From Podarcis bocagei (Eukaryota): a stretch of DNA of 64,000 bases. Below the pieces are notes generated by a model, which was given only the letters and a program-made list of their open reading frames with translations, was not told the origin of the DNA and made no database searches. Shown one piece after another: positions 27,779 to 39,395 of this stretch (within the stretch, counting starts at the first letter, position 1; every line of letters begins with the position of its first letter). The DNA lies in the NCBI GenBank assembly GCA_964188305.1, contig OZ076890.1; one strand, given 5' to 3'. Both the position numbers and the translations under genes were made by a program.

Positions 27779-27960
27779 ACAGATAGGTAGCCGTGTTGGT
27801 CTGCCATAGTCAAAATAAAAAAATTCCTTCCAGTAGCACCTTAAAGACCAACTAAGTTAGTTCTGTGTATCTGAAGAAGTGTGCATGCACACGAAAGCTC
27901 ATACCAAGAACTAACTTAGTTGGTCTTTAAGGTGCTACTGGAAGGAATTTTTTTATTTTG
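27779..27960 (+). mobile_element. Penelope-like element remnant (pseudo-LTR with inverted 5' copy)
   Basis: Perfect 54-bp inverted repeat (27811-27864 / 27907-27960) enclosing a hammerhead motif; 16-bp flanking direct repeat tttgatagttctagtt (27763-27778, 27957-27972). Confidence 0.85.
27867..27904 (+). ncRNA. Minimal type I hammerhead ribozyme motif
   Basis: GUAU-CUGAAGA-A-GUGUG(CAUG)CACAC-GAAA-GCUC^AUAC: intact core, stem I GUAU/AUAC, stem II 5+ bp, palindromic AGCU stem III. Confidence 0.85.
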
Positions 27961-29299
27961 ATAGTTCTAGTTCTCCATCATGAATCCTACAAATTCCATG
28001 ATGCCGTGTAATATACAAATGGCACAATAATGGATCTGCCATATTCCAAAGCAGATCCAAACTTTCACTTCCATGGATCTGAATCAATAGAACTCCCAGA
28101 GTGAGATTTTGAAGCACCATGAGGAAATATTTTCCAGGTTCTTTATTATTTATTACTATATAATGCTTCCATGCTTCATATATTGTTTTCTTCATACTTT
28201 GTTCCAGTTGTGTTAGAAATTTTCTTTCAAAGTTATCATTATAGCACAACCAACTAGTAAAAGTTCATTTCCCCCATGCTTCCAGCCATAGAACCACGGT
28301 GAGAATTTAAAGCTGAAAGGTATATATGGTTACACCAAAAGAGTGCGTGTGTATGTGTGTGTATACCTGATTACAACAAAAGTTGCAATGGGACAAGGCT
28401 TTCATTTTCCCAAATAGATTTTGCCTTGGGCATCTCTTTGAGCCGCAAAGGATTGAAGCTGATTCTAAAGCATGATGCAGCCTTACTGCTTTGATGTTGT
28501 CTACCTGGAAAGGATGAAAGCTATGAATGCATTTTGTCAATCTATTGAGCCTGCCCATGTTAAAAGCAAACTAAAGATATTCCTGTAATGGTAGTTTGGA
28601 TGACAACCAGGAATAGTGGTCTGGCTTACACTGCACTTTGAATACACCTCTGCTGAATTACAGCATCACTCATAATTCAGTATATGGTCAAGATTATGAG
28701 CACTTCTGAGCTTCCTAAGCAATCATTAATAGTATAGAGTTCTTGCTACTTAGAGCTGTGGCAGGTACATTTACCATCATGCTTCCCACCTCATCTAAGG
28801 CAAATATGGCACAGGACAATAAATTATCATATGATTGTTCCAGATTTTATCCTTAGATTAGTAATCAGAAGATGAAGGAAGGAGTTGCAGGGGAGGAAGA
28901 AGTGGTGCTGAGAAGGCAATCTGATAAACTTTCAGGTTGCCATTGCAGAAGAATGGAATAAGGGCATTTCTATCTTATCTTGAATTTGGCCAGAGTTTGA
29001 GAAACAGAAATTTTATGCACAATGCAGATTTAGGCAAGAACTAAAAAAACCCCTTCGAATTGTTGAGAAATGCAGTGGGTTATGAAGTACTGAAAAATGG
29101 AAAGTAATAAACCCACAGATAATGTCATCTGTGGATCTTTGGGATAGTTAGGACTACTTCCGACCCACTGAAATTAAATTAATCCGACAGTTCTCACCTC
29201 ACATAAAAATTTGCTAATTATTACTTATAAATGTGATATTACTGCTTAACATTTTTCTACTAGCATAGAATGTATGCACATTGGGCTGGATCCAGACTT

Positions 29300-29435
29300 A
29301 GTTATGATGAGGGTGCTTGGCATCCATCTGCCTTGGAAGACAATGGAAGTATGTGCGTTTGGGGGTGAAGTCAAACCGCTGGAGAATTACAGTGCCTACT
29401 ATGGCTGTAGAGACTGATATGGGGAGAGACAGCTT
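29300..29435 (-). mobile_element. Probable RTE-clade LINE 3' UTR fragment
   Basis: ggcatccatctgccttggaagacaatgg...gtgaagtcaaacc resembles reptile RTE 3' ends (recognition only). Confidence 0.45.
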
Positions 29436-29849
29436 AGGGTCTCTGAAATTAATGGGAATTAATTTAGTTTTGAGTAACTTAAATCTAGATCCAAGTGAGA
29501 TTTTAGAGATACTGGTTGAAAATTTGTACATAGTCCTCCCCCCCCTTCCTGAATTAAAGGATACGATATTAAGAAATTATTTAAAGAAAAAGAAAGCAAA
29601 TCTCCATCAGATTTTATGACTTTATTACATTTGTAACCTACTTCTGCCCCCAAAGAGCTCAGGCTAGCATGCAATGAATTATTCCTTTCTATCCAAAAAT
29701 AATCTTGCTAAGTAGATTGGATGAAGAACTAAACCCCTTCATATGTTATTCATATGAAGGAGGAATTCTACAAAGAATATACTCATTGGGCACACTACCT
29801 GGCCCTGTCTGCAGACATCTCTATGTTAGTGCAATTGCTTGAAGCAAAT

Positions 29850-30020
29850 AAGACTATTTACAGCTCAGTAGTAGAACACACACTCTGCATGCAGAAAGCC
29901 CCTTATTCCACCCCTGATCTCTCTAGGTAGGACTAAGCAGGGGTGGGGGGTGGGGTGGGGAATCCTGTCTAAAACTCCAGAGGGTTACTGCCAATAAGTG
30001 TAGACAATACAGAATAAGCT
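29850..30020 (+). mobile_element. Old tRNA-derived SINE (family of 23146)
   Basis: agctcagtagtagaaca (A box) ... ctgccaataagtgtagacaatac. Confidence 0.65.
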
Positions 30021-30427
30021 GATTCAAACATAATGCTTACCCAAACTGTGGCCTACTGGAAACATACAAGCATTCAAACTCTTGGAGAGGAAATCATGGC
30101 CGCTTTCCCCCTTCTCTGCTGTTGCTGCTGTGAGTCCATAGTTTAGCTTAGCATGTCACCTGAACCTGGACTTGTGCTTTGCCATGCACTGGCAAACCAT
30201 GATCTGTAGATATGGTTTGTTCTTGGGTTTACAGGCTGTTATTTGTTTGGAGTAGACGAGCCATTGGCCCAGGTTCAGACAACATCCTAAATCAAACCAT
30301 GGCTTAGCTCATGGCACCATAGCAGCAATAGGACTGGGGGAGGAGTGCAGCAGCTGCCATCTCCTCTGAGAGCCCACACACATGTTTCATTGAGCCATAC
30401 CTTGACTTAGATTACATGCAAATCAGC
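30020..30427. mobile_element. Decayed palindromic DNA-transposon derivative
   Basis: Nested imperfect inverted repeats (ctgaacctgg / ccaggttcag; caaaccat / atggtttg). Confidence 0.45.
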
Positions 30428-31134
30428 TCAACAAAATGGACCAATTTTCTGATTCAGTATAAGGCAGGTTTCTATGACGTTGGTGTACCGTACTGTACAG
30501 TGGTAGGGACTGCTCCATGGAGTTGAAAAAGGGTGTCAGCTTCTGAAACAAGGGGAAATGGTTTATTCTCTGGAATTCTAAAAAGAAAAAGGAAATAAAA
30601 AACTTTTCCCACAAGGAAAATTTCTTAAAGTAGAAGACATTTGGCAGACTTACAAGGATTTCTAATTTATTTACACTTTCTCCTCTCCTTGGATAATCAA
30701 GTGGTGTGCTCTGTTTGCACATTCATACAACTTCATTAAACATAGGCGCCTAGCAATCAAAGTTTTCCAAAGTGTGTTAAGCCTGAAATCTACCGCATCT
30801 TCTGTATGTTGCATTACTGCATAAAGTATTTCCCTGTAGAGACCGACTATGAACATCATTGCACAGAGAAACAATCAAAATCTAAACCACACTGACAACA
30901 AAAATACTTCCATGCCTCAAACAGAGCTACAGGCTAAGTTGACCAATTACTTTGCATGAATAATGTCAGCTATGGGTCTCATACTGTTGATGGAACTGGA
31001 GCAGATAAAGTGGCCCAGCAATGACAGGTGAAGCAGAGTTCCCAGGATACAATACTCTGAAGCTGAATAACTGTGAGAAAAGAAATGAATAATTGACTTG
31101 TGAAATCCTCTTCCACATATTGTGCTGCTAGCTT

Positions 31135-31600
31135 GGTTATTTATTTATTAGTTCCATATAACAAGAATGTAAAAAGTAAATACAACTAATGGTCAAATAC
31201 AAACCAGCAAAAATATGTATCTAAACACCACTTAAAAAGTGCAAAAACCACTTAAAAACATCAAGAGTTATCATTTGGCGCAAGAATAAAAAGGCACCAA
31301 GTGATTATGCCCACTGTAATTAAAGGAGAACCAAAAGGTCTTTACTTGGTGATGCAGAGTGGGCACCAGGCAAGTATCCCTGGGAAAGGCATTCCTTTAG
31401 CAAGACTCCACCACTGAAAAGGCCTCCACGTAATAACCATGCACCTCATTTCACTAGGCAGGAGAACTTAGAGAAGGACCTCTGATTAGATTTTTAACTG
31501 AGCAAGTGTATATGGGAGAAGATCATTCCTCAGGTAACCTGGTCCCAACCTATTAAGGGCTTTGAAGGTTAGATCTGGTATTGGATGTTGGCTTGGACTC
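31135..31600 (-). mobile_element. Decayed L2 LINE 3' end
   Basis: ttatttatttatt tail, ccaccactgaaaaggcc (RAFS motif on minus strand), aggtaacctggtcccaa. Confidence 0.7.
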
Positions 31601-31604
31601 AGTT

Positions 31605-31617
31605 AGATATATATATG

Positions 31618-31666
<49 letters not shown>

Positions 31667-31670
31667 ATAT
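31605..31670. repeat. (TA)n(TG)n microsatellite
   Basis: Direct observation. Confidence 0.9.
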
Positions 31671-33439
31671 GATGAGTTCATCATGAATAGGGCTTTTGGT
31701 GGCTTTTCACAATTTCAATATGTACACCACATATATCTGAGTATACAGTGTATACAATATGTCTATATCTGATTGAGAGATGCAAGAGAAAAACAACAGG
31801 GAATAGCCATCACTTTTTTCTTGCTTGTTTTTTAAGCTTCCATAAAAATATCACTAGAAGATATTATACATAGGTGATTTTAAAAATGATTTTTTAACAA
31901 TATGTTTTCAAGGTCTATTGCCTTGACATGACTGTGAAAGGAAGGGGGGCGTTGAGAACCGAGACAATGAGGCCATTCATACATACTTAACGTTGGTTGA
32001 AAAAGCATGAAATGAGTTTTAATCCCTCAAAAGCTTCAAGAGTTAACTGGCTTTTTCAAGTTCCTTGTCTGATATTTCCCACAAAATGTTCAGTGGATGT
32101 ATGCTGGTCCAATCTGCCTTTCTCTGTGGGGTGGGGTGTTCTGATTGCTTCTCCCTCTTTTGTGGGGATTGCATTGAGCAATCACACCTAAGTCCTCCTC
32201 CTTACTACTTATTGCATTTGGCCTTTCCTGACCAGACACTGCGCTTGTTGACTCTGCTGCATAACATTCCCAAGAATGAGGTCAGGGGTTCACAGCAACC
32301 TCCCTTTTAGTGTCTCATCTGTAACTCTGAAAACAATTTTATCCCTTATCATCTTGCTCATCAGGGAACTGAACTCACAGCTATTTGCGTTTATGTTTTC
32401 TTCAATAAAAGGTTGTTCCATGTTATGTCTCTCTGAGATATTTGATATATAGCAGAATGTGTATTTCTCAAACATGGGCTTTGTGTGGGCAACTGTCCTC
32501 ACTGATATCCTCATTGTTAGAAGTAAAAAGTTTAATCACACCTAGGACAACATGGACCCAATAGTGTCATATTGCCATTTGTGTCTTCTTGTGCTTTTGT
32601 TCTGTTTCTGTTTCTTTCAATGAGTTCAAACTTTTCCTTTATGCTTCATTGCAATTTTTCCATGATGGGTGATTTTGCAAAATTAATGTGAAAGATCATG
32701 GAGCAAGTGGTACAGCATGTAAAAGCTTGCAAGGTTACATCTAACTGTGTCTAAGGGATGGATGATAATGGTCCTGTAGAGATCTTTCACATCAGAGCAG
32801 CCTACTTACCTGCCCTGCAAGATATGGGGACTATGGCCTAAATTCTAGTAAACATCTGTATGGGCCATACCACCTTAGACTGCAGCAACAGGCTTGTGAC
32901 TAGTAGAGGGTTGAGGAGGTATGTGCTCCCTAGCACCTGGGTTCATCTCTTTGAGGAGTAACTTCTGGCCTTACTGCAGGTCTGGAGTGGCTAGAATTGG
33001 GCTGGGACAAGTCTCAGGTTGGTCATTGATTACCCAAGGGTATCCTGAACTAAGTGGGAGCACACTTGAACCAGCAAACCCCTTTAGTATTTTATATGGG
33101 GAGAAGGGGGGACAACTGTTGTGTCCATGCCAGGATGTGACTACCTATACAAACTGGATAGAGTGAGTGGCACAATCTGTTCCTATGATCACTCACACAG
33201 ATGCTTGGGTTCAATACATACCTGCAAAGGTGAAAGAACCTGCATGTTGTTGAATGGGAAGGACCAGAAAAGTCACACTGAACTCCTGGTAGAAATGTGT
33301 TGTAAAAAAGAGGATGCCCTAACAATTCTCATTTTAAATACCCCTGCTATATGTAGGCTATAGAAGCTGTGATATATTGCTGAGGGGGGCAGGAAAAGAG
33401 AAGAGGAAAGCAAGTCTTCAGCCACCAGTTATGTCTATG

Positions 33440-33558
33440 TCTCATCCAGAAAGTATAGCCAGAGACATTTTGGCAAATTTAAAAAATCCACCCGGACAGA
33501 AATTTTACCCCTGAAAAAGAGGACGTGTCTTGGAAAAAGAGGACACATCACAACCCTA
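33440..33558. mobile_element. hAT (Blackjack-like) terminal fragment
   Basis: Repeated aaaaagaggac subterminal motif ending ...cacaacccta. Confidence 0.45.
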
Positions 33559-34059
33559 CGTGTAAAATAAAGAGATAGATAAAAAATCAAAATTGCATGG
33601 GATCCTGGCTGTGACAACATGTTTTTTAATGTAATAAATGTTGCTGATGGATATTAAGTTTGCACCTCTGACATCAATATCATCAAAGTTTCCTTCATTA
33701 GCCAATCAGCTGCCTCTACAAACTTCATTTCCTACTGTGACATCACAGTATATCAGCTAGTGCTGAATGGATAATGGATGAGCAAGGATGAATGGTCTGA
33801 CTCAGAATAGTACAACATCCTATGCTCTGGCACTGGCCTGTGTTGTGCATGAGCCTATAAGTTGTGGGAGGTTTTGCAACCTCTCTTTCAACAGAACTAA
33901 AAAAATGTATGCAAATTGTGTGTCAAAGTTGTGAACCGGACCACTTGTCCAAAATGTCCAAAAACTGAACATAAGAGGCATAACATGGAAAATGCTTCCC
34001 AGCTGGGATGCCATTTTGATCTAGAGCTGGCACTGCAGCATACAGTTTCATCCTGACAG

Positions 34060-34191
34060 TTAGGAAGGATAAAGGACCGCAAGAAGAAAGAGGCGAGAGG
34101 ACAAGGGAAAGCTTTTATGAGAGAATCAAATCCAGCCATCGTATTGGCAGGCCCTTAGCTCGTAACAATAAAAGTAAATATCACTATAAAG
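34060..34191 (+). other. Candidate 132-nt phase 1-1 exon, product unrecognised
   Basis: tttcatcctgacAG acceptor, AAG|GTAAGT consensus donor, open frame RKDKGPQEERGERTRESFYERIKSSHRIGRPLARNNKSKYHYK. Confidence 0.3.
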
Positions 34192-35275
34192 GTAAGTTAT
34201 GAATTCACTTGAGAACGATCTTTGGTATGACAGCCCTGTGGAAGATAAACACCCCAATACATAACAACATCATGGCAAGCGGAACACTGAACAAATTAGT
34301 CAATTATTTTCCTGGATTATTCTGCTGCGACCTGGCAACAAAGGAAAATATATTCAAAGGGCTGGTGTTTACAAGCTTGACAAATATTCCCAAACCTCCT
34401 TTGTTACTTTTCAGCACCAGTGAAAGTCAGCTTGTCAGATAAGGGGGGGGGAGAGAGAGAGCAGACAATAAAGCAGCTCCCCCACCCCACTTTTTGTCAC
34501 ATTAATCGAGGGCTGCCTTCCCCAACCTTGTGCCCTCCAGATGTTTTGAACTACAACTCCCACCATCCTTGATGAAGCTGGTTGGGGCTAATCACTGCTG
34601 GTGCTGGCCACCCTTAAAATTCAATTAAGAGGCCAGAAATTTGCCTCCAGTTCATAAGTAGCTGATCTGAAGGAGCCATCATCTTACCTGACACATTCAC
34701 CTGCCAGCTGGTATTCAGCAATAGAAAAGGAAAAGTCTGAGTTTACTCTAGTTTTACCCTGGAGAGAGGTGAGCTACAGCTGATTTTTGCAAATGGCCTG
34801 CAGACTTGCTGGGCCCCGTGTGGGATATTTTACCACTTTGTGACTGTTTCCAGCACTGCTTCATCTCTAGGCTTTCATGTTATTCCTGTGCCGGACACAT
34901 TTCTATAAAATACCTAGAATCAGCCTCTTTTTCTGGTCAGGAATAATGGCCTGGGTGGTGGAGAGGAGCCACAGAGCCATCTTCCTAAGATCAACATCAC
35001 TGTTTATTACCTGGATGAGGATGATGATGGGTGGGCAGGGGGCAGGGCTGTGCAGGTGCACTGGAAGGAGCACCAAATTGGATCCATTGATGTGCCTCCA
35101 TGTCACTTCCCTTGTAGCTACACTCCCATGTCCCAGGTTCTGTCCAGGTAAGAAGTATTGATGCTGTTGTAGAGAGGATGACTTTGTCTCACCACACAGG
35201 CCATTCCTTGCTGTCCTGCCAGCAGGTGAAAACTTTATTGTTCCAAAAGGCTTTTGGGGAACTGTCAGTTTTTAA

Positions 35276-35383
35276 AATAAAAAAATTTTCTTCCAGTAGC
35301 ACCTTAAAGACCAACTAAGTTAGTTCTTGGTATGAGCTTTCGTGTGCATGCACACTTCTTCAGATACACACGGCTACCTATCT
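35276..35383 (-). mobile_element. Penelope-like element remnant (same family as 27779)
   Basis: Near-identical to 27779-27960; 15-bp TSD actgtcagtttttaa (35261-35275, 35384-35398); short inverted terminal piece acacggctacctatct. Confidence 0.85.
35330..35367 (-). ncRNA. Minimal type I hammerhead ribozyme motif
   Basis: Exact reverse complement of 27867-27904. Confidence 0.85.
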
Positions 35384-35456
35384 ACTGTCAGTTTTTAAGG
35401 AAAGGACTGGGGCTGTGATGTTTTTATTGCAATGCTCTCTCTATAATTTTTATATA

Positions 35457-35787
35457 CAGTGCTTTTTTATTTAAAAGAATGTTTAGGGGAACTCTCATTT
35501 TGACTCAAGAAAATCATCATTTTGTAGTTCAATTCAGAAAAAATAAACACAGTAAATACAACGAAACTGACCAATCACTGTGTTAGATTCCAACTCCTAC
35601 TTCACACATTAAATTTTTACTTCTTCCTTGAGATTCAGGAAATGAGGCCTCCATTGGGGGTAGCAATGGAACTGATGATTCACCATGCTAGAGAAGAAAC
35701 TAATTTTTAAAATGTTTTTAGTTTCTTCTCTCATTAGATTCACAAAATGTTTAGGGGTATGCGTCCCCCTAAAAAAAGAGAGCACTG
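35457..35787. mobile_element. hAT-type MITE
   Basis: TIR cagtgctttttt / aaagagagcactg; perfect 8-bp TSD tttatata (35449-35456, 35788-35795). Confidence 0.85.
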
Positions 35788-35797
35788 TTTATATATA

Positions 35798-36023
35798 CAG
35801 TGGTACCTCTGGTTACACATGCTTCTGGTTATGAACTCTGCTAACCCAGAAATAGTTGCTCCCAGTTGTGAACTTTGGCCTGGGATGTGAGTGGAAGTCA
35901 TGTGCCAGAGACACACACGCAGCAGGAAACACCATTAGCGAAAGCGCGCCTCAGGATAAGAACGGTTTCAACTTAAGAACAAACCTCCAGAACGAATTAA
36001 TTTCGTAACCAGAGGTACCACTG
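35798..36023. mobile_element. Tc1/mariner (Tigger/pogo-like) MITE
   Basis: Perfect TIR cagtggtacctctggttac / gtaaccagaggtaccactg with TA TSD on both sides. Confidence 0.92.
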
Positions 36024-36131
36024 TAATAGTTTTTAATTATTGCATTTTCAGTTTTAGCTGTAAACTGCTTTGAGTCCCTGTCAGGAAAAAAAGGCAGGAT
36101 ATGAATAGATATAATAATAAGAAATGAATAA

Positions 36132-36566
36132 TGCCAGGGAACTGCCATTGGAGCTAGAGGCGGAGGGAAGGCTCCAGAGGGATGCTGGAGAGGGTCCCAG
36201 TAGGGAGAGAGGCAGCCCATCTGCTGGGGAAGGAAATCAGCGTAACACCAGTGGAGAAGGGGGGCAGATGGGGGAATCAGAGAGGAGGCTCCAAGACTCC
36301 TCGCCGGAGACCAGCGGAGAGAGTATGGGTACTCCGCTGCCCACACCCTCCCTGCGCAGAAGACTTCCGTGCAGGCAGAGTAGGAGGAGACTTGGTGTCA
36401 AACAACTTTTATGCTGGAAAAGGTTCAAGAAACGCCCACTGACGGATTCTGCCAGCGACTGAGACAGTCACGATGCTGGAGGCTGTTCAGTCAGAAAGGG
36501 TTCAGCCAGGTAACCTAGCCATGAGTGGCGCCAACGTACGCACGAGCAACCCCTAAACCCATTACA
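36132..36566. mobile_element. Solo LTR (probably Gypsy-type)
   Basis: GC/CpG-rich block with TG...CA ends and 5-bp TSD aataa (36127-36131, 36567-36571) inside an A-rich LINE tail. Confidence 0.7.
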
Positions 36567-39184
36567 AATAACTAATAAATAAATAATAATTCTGTTTGTT
36601 GTACTATGTTTATTCATGCTTTTGGCATATTTGTGGAAATACATACGCTTCCTTTGTTTTGGATTATGTAGAGGCAGCAGTACCAGCAACTGCATGACAA
36701 ATACATACCCTACTCATTCTACTGCAAGCACCAAGTGTCAGCTTTCAAATCATCTTTTTGAATCTTTTAGGTGATTTCAAAAATGACCGTAATCAACAAT
36801 GCATATGTGAAAACATTAAATAACTTGGAGTGTGGAACAGCAATCAATCAATCAATAATTTAACACACACAAATCAATAATTTAACACAAACCTTTCAAG
36901 TCTGCAAAACATTTTTTTTATATATAGCAAGAAAAGTGGGGGAAGCAAACAAACAGCTGGATGCATTGGTAGGAAAAACAAACAAGCATAGAATCACTTT
37001 TTAAGGAATAAACACCAAATCATGCTATGGTCTGGTATCACAATAACTACCATTTCACATATAAGCATACTGAAAACAATACTTTGTACCAGCATTTATG
37101 TGCACACATAATGTCTGAGATCCAATGTTATTGATTTACCAGTCTGCATCTGTACTGGAACTATTTTTAAAGTGCTTTCATATATAGAATGGCTTAAAAA
37201 TGTTGGGTTTGTTTTTATATATTGAATTGTTTTTAATTCTTTTAACACTTCTTTGTTTTATGACTAATTGTTTCATTTCCTTTAATAAATGTATATTTTA
37301 TTGGTGTGACAGCTTATGGTAATGGGTGGTCAGAAATCTCATAACTAATGTCAGTTTGCCAGTGGAACAGTTTACCACTTGCACAACAGAATTTCCCTTA
37401 TTTTGTGGCCCCATACTTCTGTGTGTCCCGCTCCAATCAGCTCTAGATGAGTATGACTTAGCTGGATATCACTCTTAGGCTGAAAACTGCAACCCCATTA
37501 TTTCAGGGGCCCATACATGCAGCAAATTCCATAGGTCACCAAATAATGAAGAGTGCAGTGTATTTTTTATTGTTCACTGCACTACTTCTAACATAGAATG
37601 AACAGCTTTAAATCATTTTTACTTTATATACACATGTACTTCTGTTTTTCTTCTTCCCTGGATGTGAATAATCCAGAGGCTTTGGGGATGTGGGGGGCAG
37701 TATAAGCACTGGTTATCACAGCACTTAGAAGGTACCAGTATAAAAATTACTATTCTTTTACAATAATAATAAGATTTTTCTCCTAGTAAGTGCACATTGA
37801 ATATGTTTCCTGAACAGATTAATAACTCAAATGTGTAGATCTTTCCTTCCTATTCATAGGACTTAATATTCCATCACAAATGATTATTGGTACCATCATG
37901 TTACCATCTCAAGCAAAAAATATTTTCCTAGCTTAGGTATTAGTTCAGGTGATAAAACACCCCTCTCTTCATAGTCATTTAATTTCTCTTTTCTGTGAAT
38001 TTAAACCATAGTTGAAATTTCACTTGCTCTGAAATATGTGGGCAGAGGGTGTGTGTGTGTGGGGGGGGGATTCTTGAAGGATTCTGATTTGTAAAGCTCT
38101 AATGCCCCATCTCACCAAACTCTCTGTCAGGAAAGAAATCTGTAACCTGGGTGGGATGGAAAATGAATATCTCTATTTCTAACGCACAGTTTCCTAATGG
38201 TCATGGTCGTATACTCAATAAAAATAGCAAACGTGGGCCAAAGCTCGGTCCTCAAATTTGAATGGTGCATTCATTCTCCACAAAAATGGAAAATGAGTTT
38301 CTGCTGCTTTGAGGGAAGAGGAAAATTTCTGTGAAATGTGCAGGGTAGGGTGCTCTCCTTACACTAAGAAAAGCTTCCCTTATTGCTGATAGTGAATGGG
38401 GATTTTCCAGTCCAATAATATTGTTTATTTATGTTGCACACACTTACAAGATACCCTGACATTTTACAGTCATATTTACTGGCAATGCTGATTTACGGTA
38501 TATATATTAAATCTATGAATAATATATTATAAATCCTATAGATTATATAGATTATTATTTATATATAAAATATGTTAAAATAGCCTTTTCAGCCTGTTTC
38601 CATAATCCTCCTTCTATCTTAAATAAAAGGAGGAAAAATGATATCCTACCACCATGTACATCTTTTTCTTACTCTTGAAACAGCCTCCTTCTCTGGTATT
38701 CTGAACTTCATCTTGAAAGTGAGTCCCTTTCTATAGCACTATGAACTAAGCTCTTGGTTGGTTTATAACCAACTAATTCATAATAAGAGTGAACCCTTTG
38801 AAATCCATGAACTTAAATTATATCCCCTTATTTCAATGGGACTACACAGAGTAATCTGGGAAGGGATGTGAAATTTTCAGCAACCCATGTCTGTCAAGCC
38901 ACAAGCTGTTTTGTGTGACTGGCTGCAGATGAGATCTCTTGCTTCTCTCAAGCACCAAGTACTAAAATGCTTTATGGTAATTTCTTCCTAACCTGCACTG
39001 GGACACATAAAGCTCTTGACCACAGTAAACAGCCCCCCCGCCATGTACATGGTGCCCTGCCAAGTTGCGATATCAATTAATACATTTAGTTGTTTTTGAT
39101 CTCATATATCTTAGAGAAGTTGCTGTGATCACATCTTGCTGTCCTTACCCTAGGAAGGCTGGCTGATGTCGTTGGAGAGATGAC

Positions 39185-39395
39185 ATGAGCAGATTGGAGA
39201 ACTGGGCCAAAACTGACAAAATAAATTTCAATGGGGCAAATGAAAAGTTTTGAACTTAGGCAGGAAGAACCAGCTGCACAAATATAAGACAGGAAACACC
39301 TGCCATGTGAAAAGAATATTGGGGTCTTAGTACACTGCAAGCTTAATATGAGTCAACAGTGTGATGCAGTAGCAGCAGCAAAATATATATTGTAA
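39185..39395 (+). mobile_element. CR1 ORF2 (post-RT) internal fragment
   Basis: Degenerate RLENWAKTDKINFN..K*KVLNLGRKNQLHKYK...CEKNIGVLVHCKLNMSQQCDAVAA. Confidence 0.85.

Larger units (their letters stand above)
35200..36131 (+). mobile_element. L2 3' UTR/tail, split by nested insertions
   Basis: gtgaaaactttattgttccaaaaggcttttg ... resumes after each insert ... tgtaaactgctttgag...ggcaggatatgaata...ataataa; A-rich tail continues after 36566. Confidence 0.65.

Noticed and set aside
27953-28249. 98-aa minus-strand ORF that looks protein-like
   Set aside because: Non-ATG start, no recognisable domain, no convincing splice sites.
36526-36537. tggcgccaacgt resembling a tRNA-Lys primer-binding site
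   Set aside because: One base short of the PBS, not preceded directly by an LTR-terminal CA, and lies inside the TSD-bounded solo LTR.
36848-36890. Short tandem duplication aatcaataatttaacaca x2
   Set aside because: Ordinary slippage duplication; two units only, not an array.
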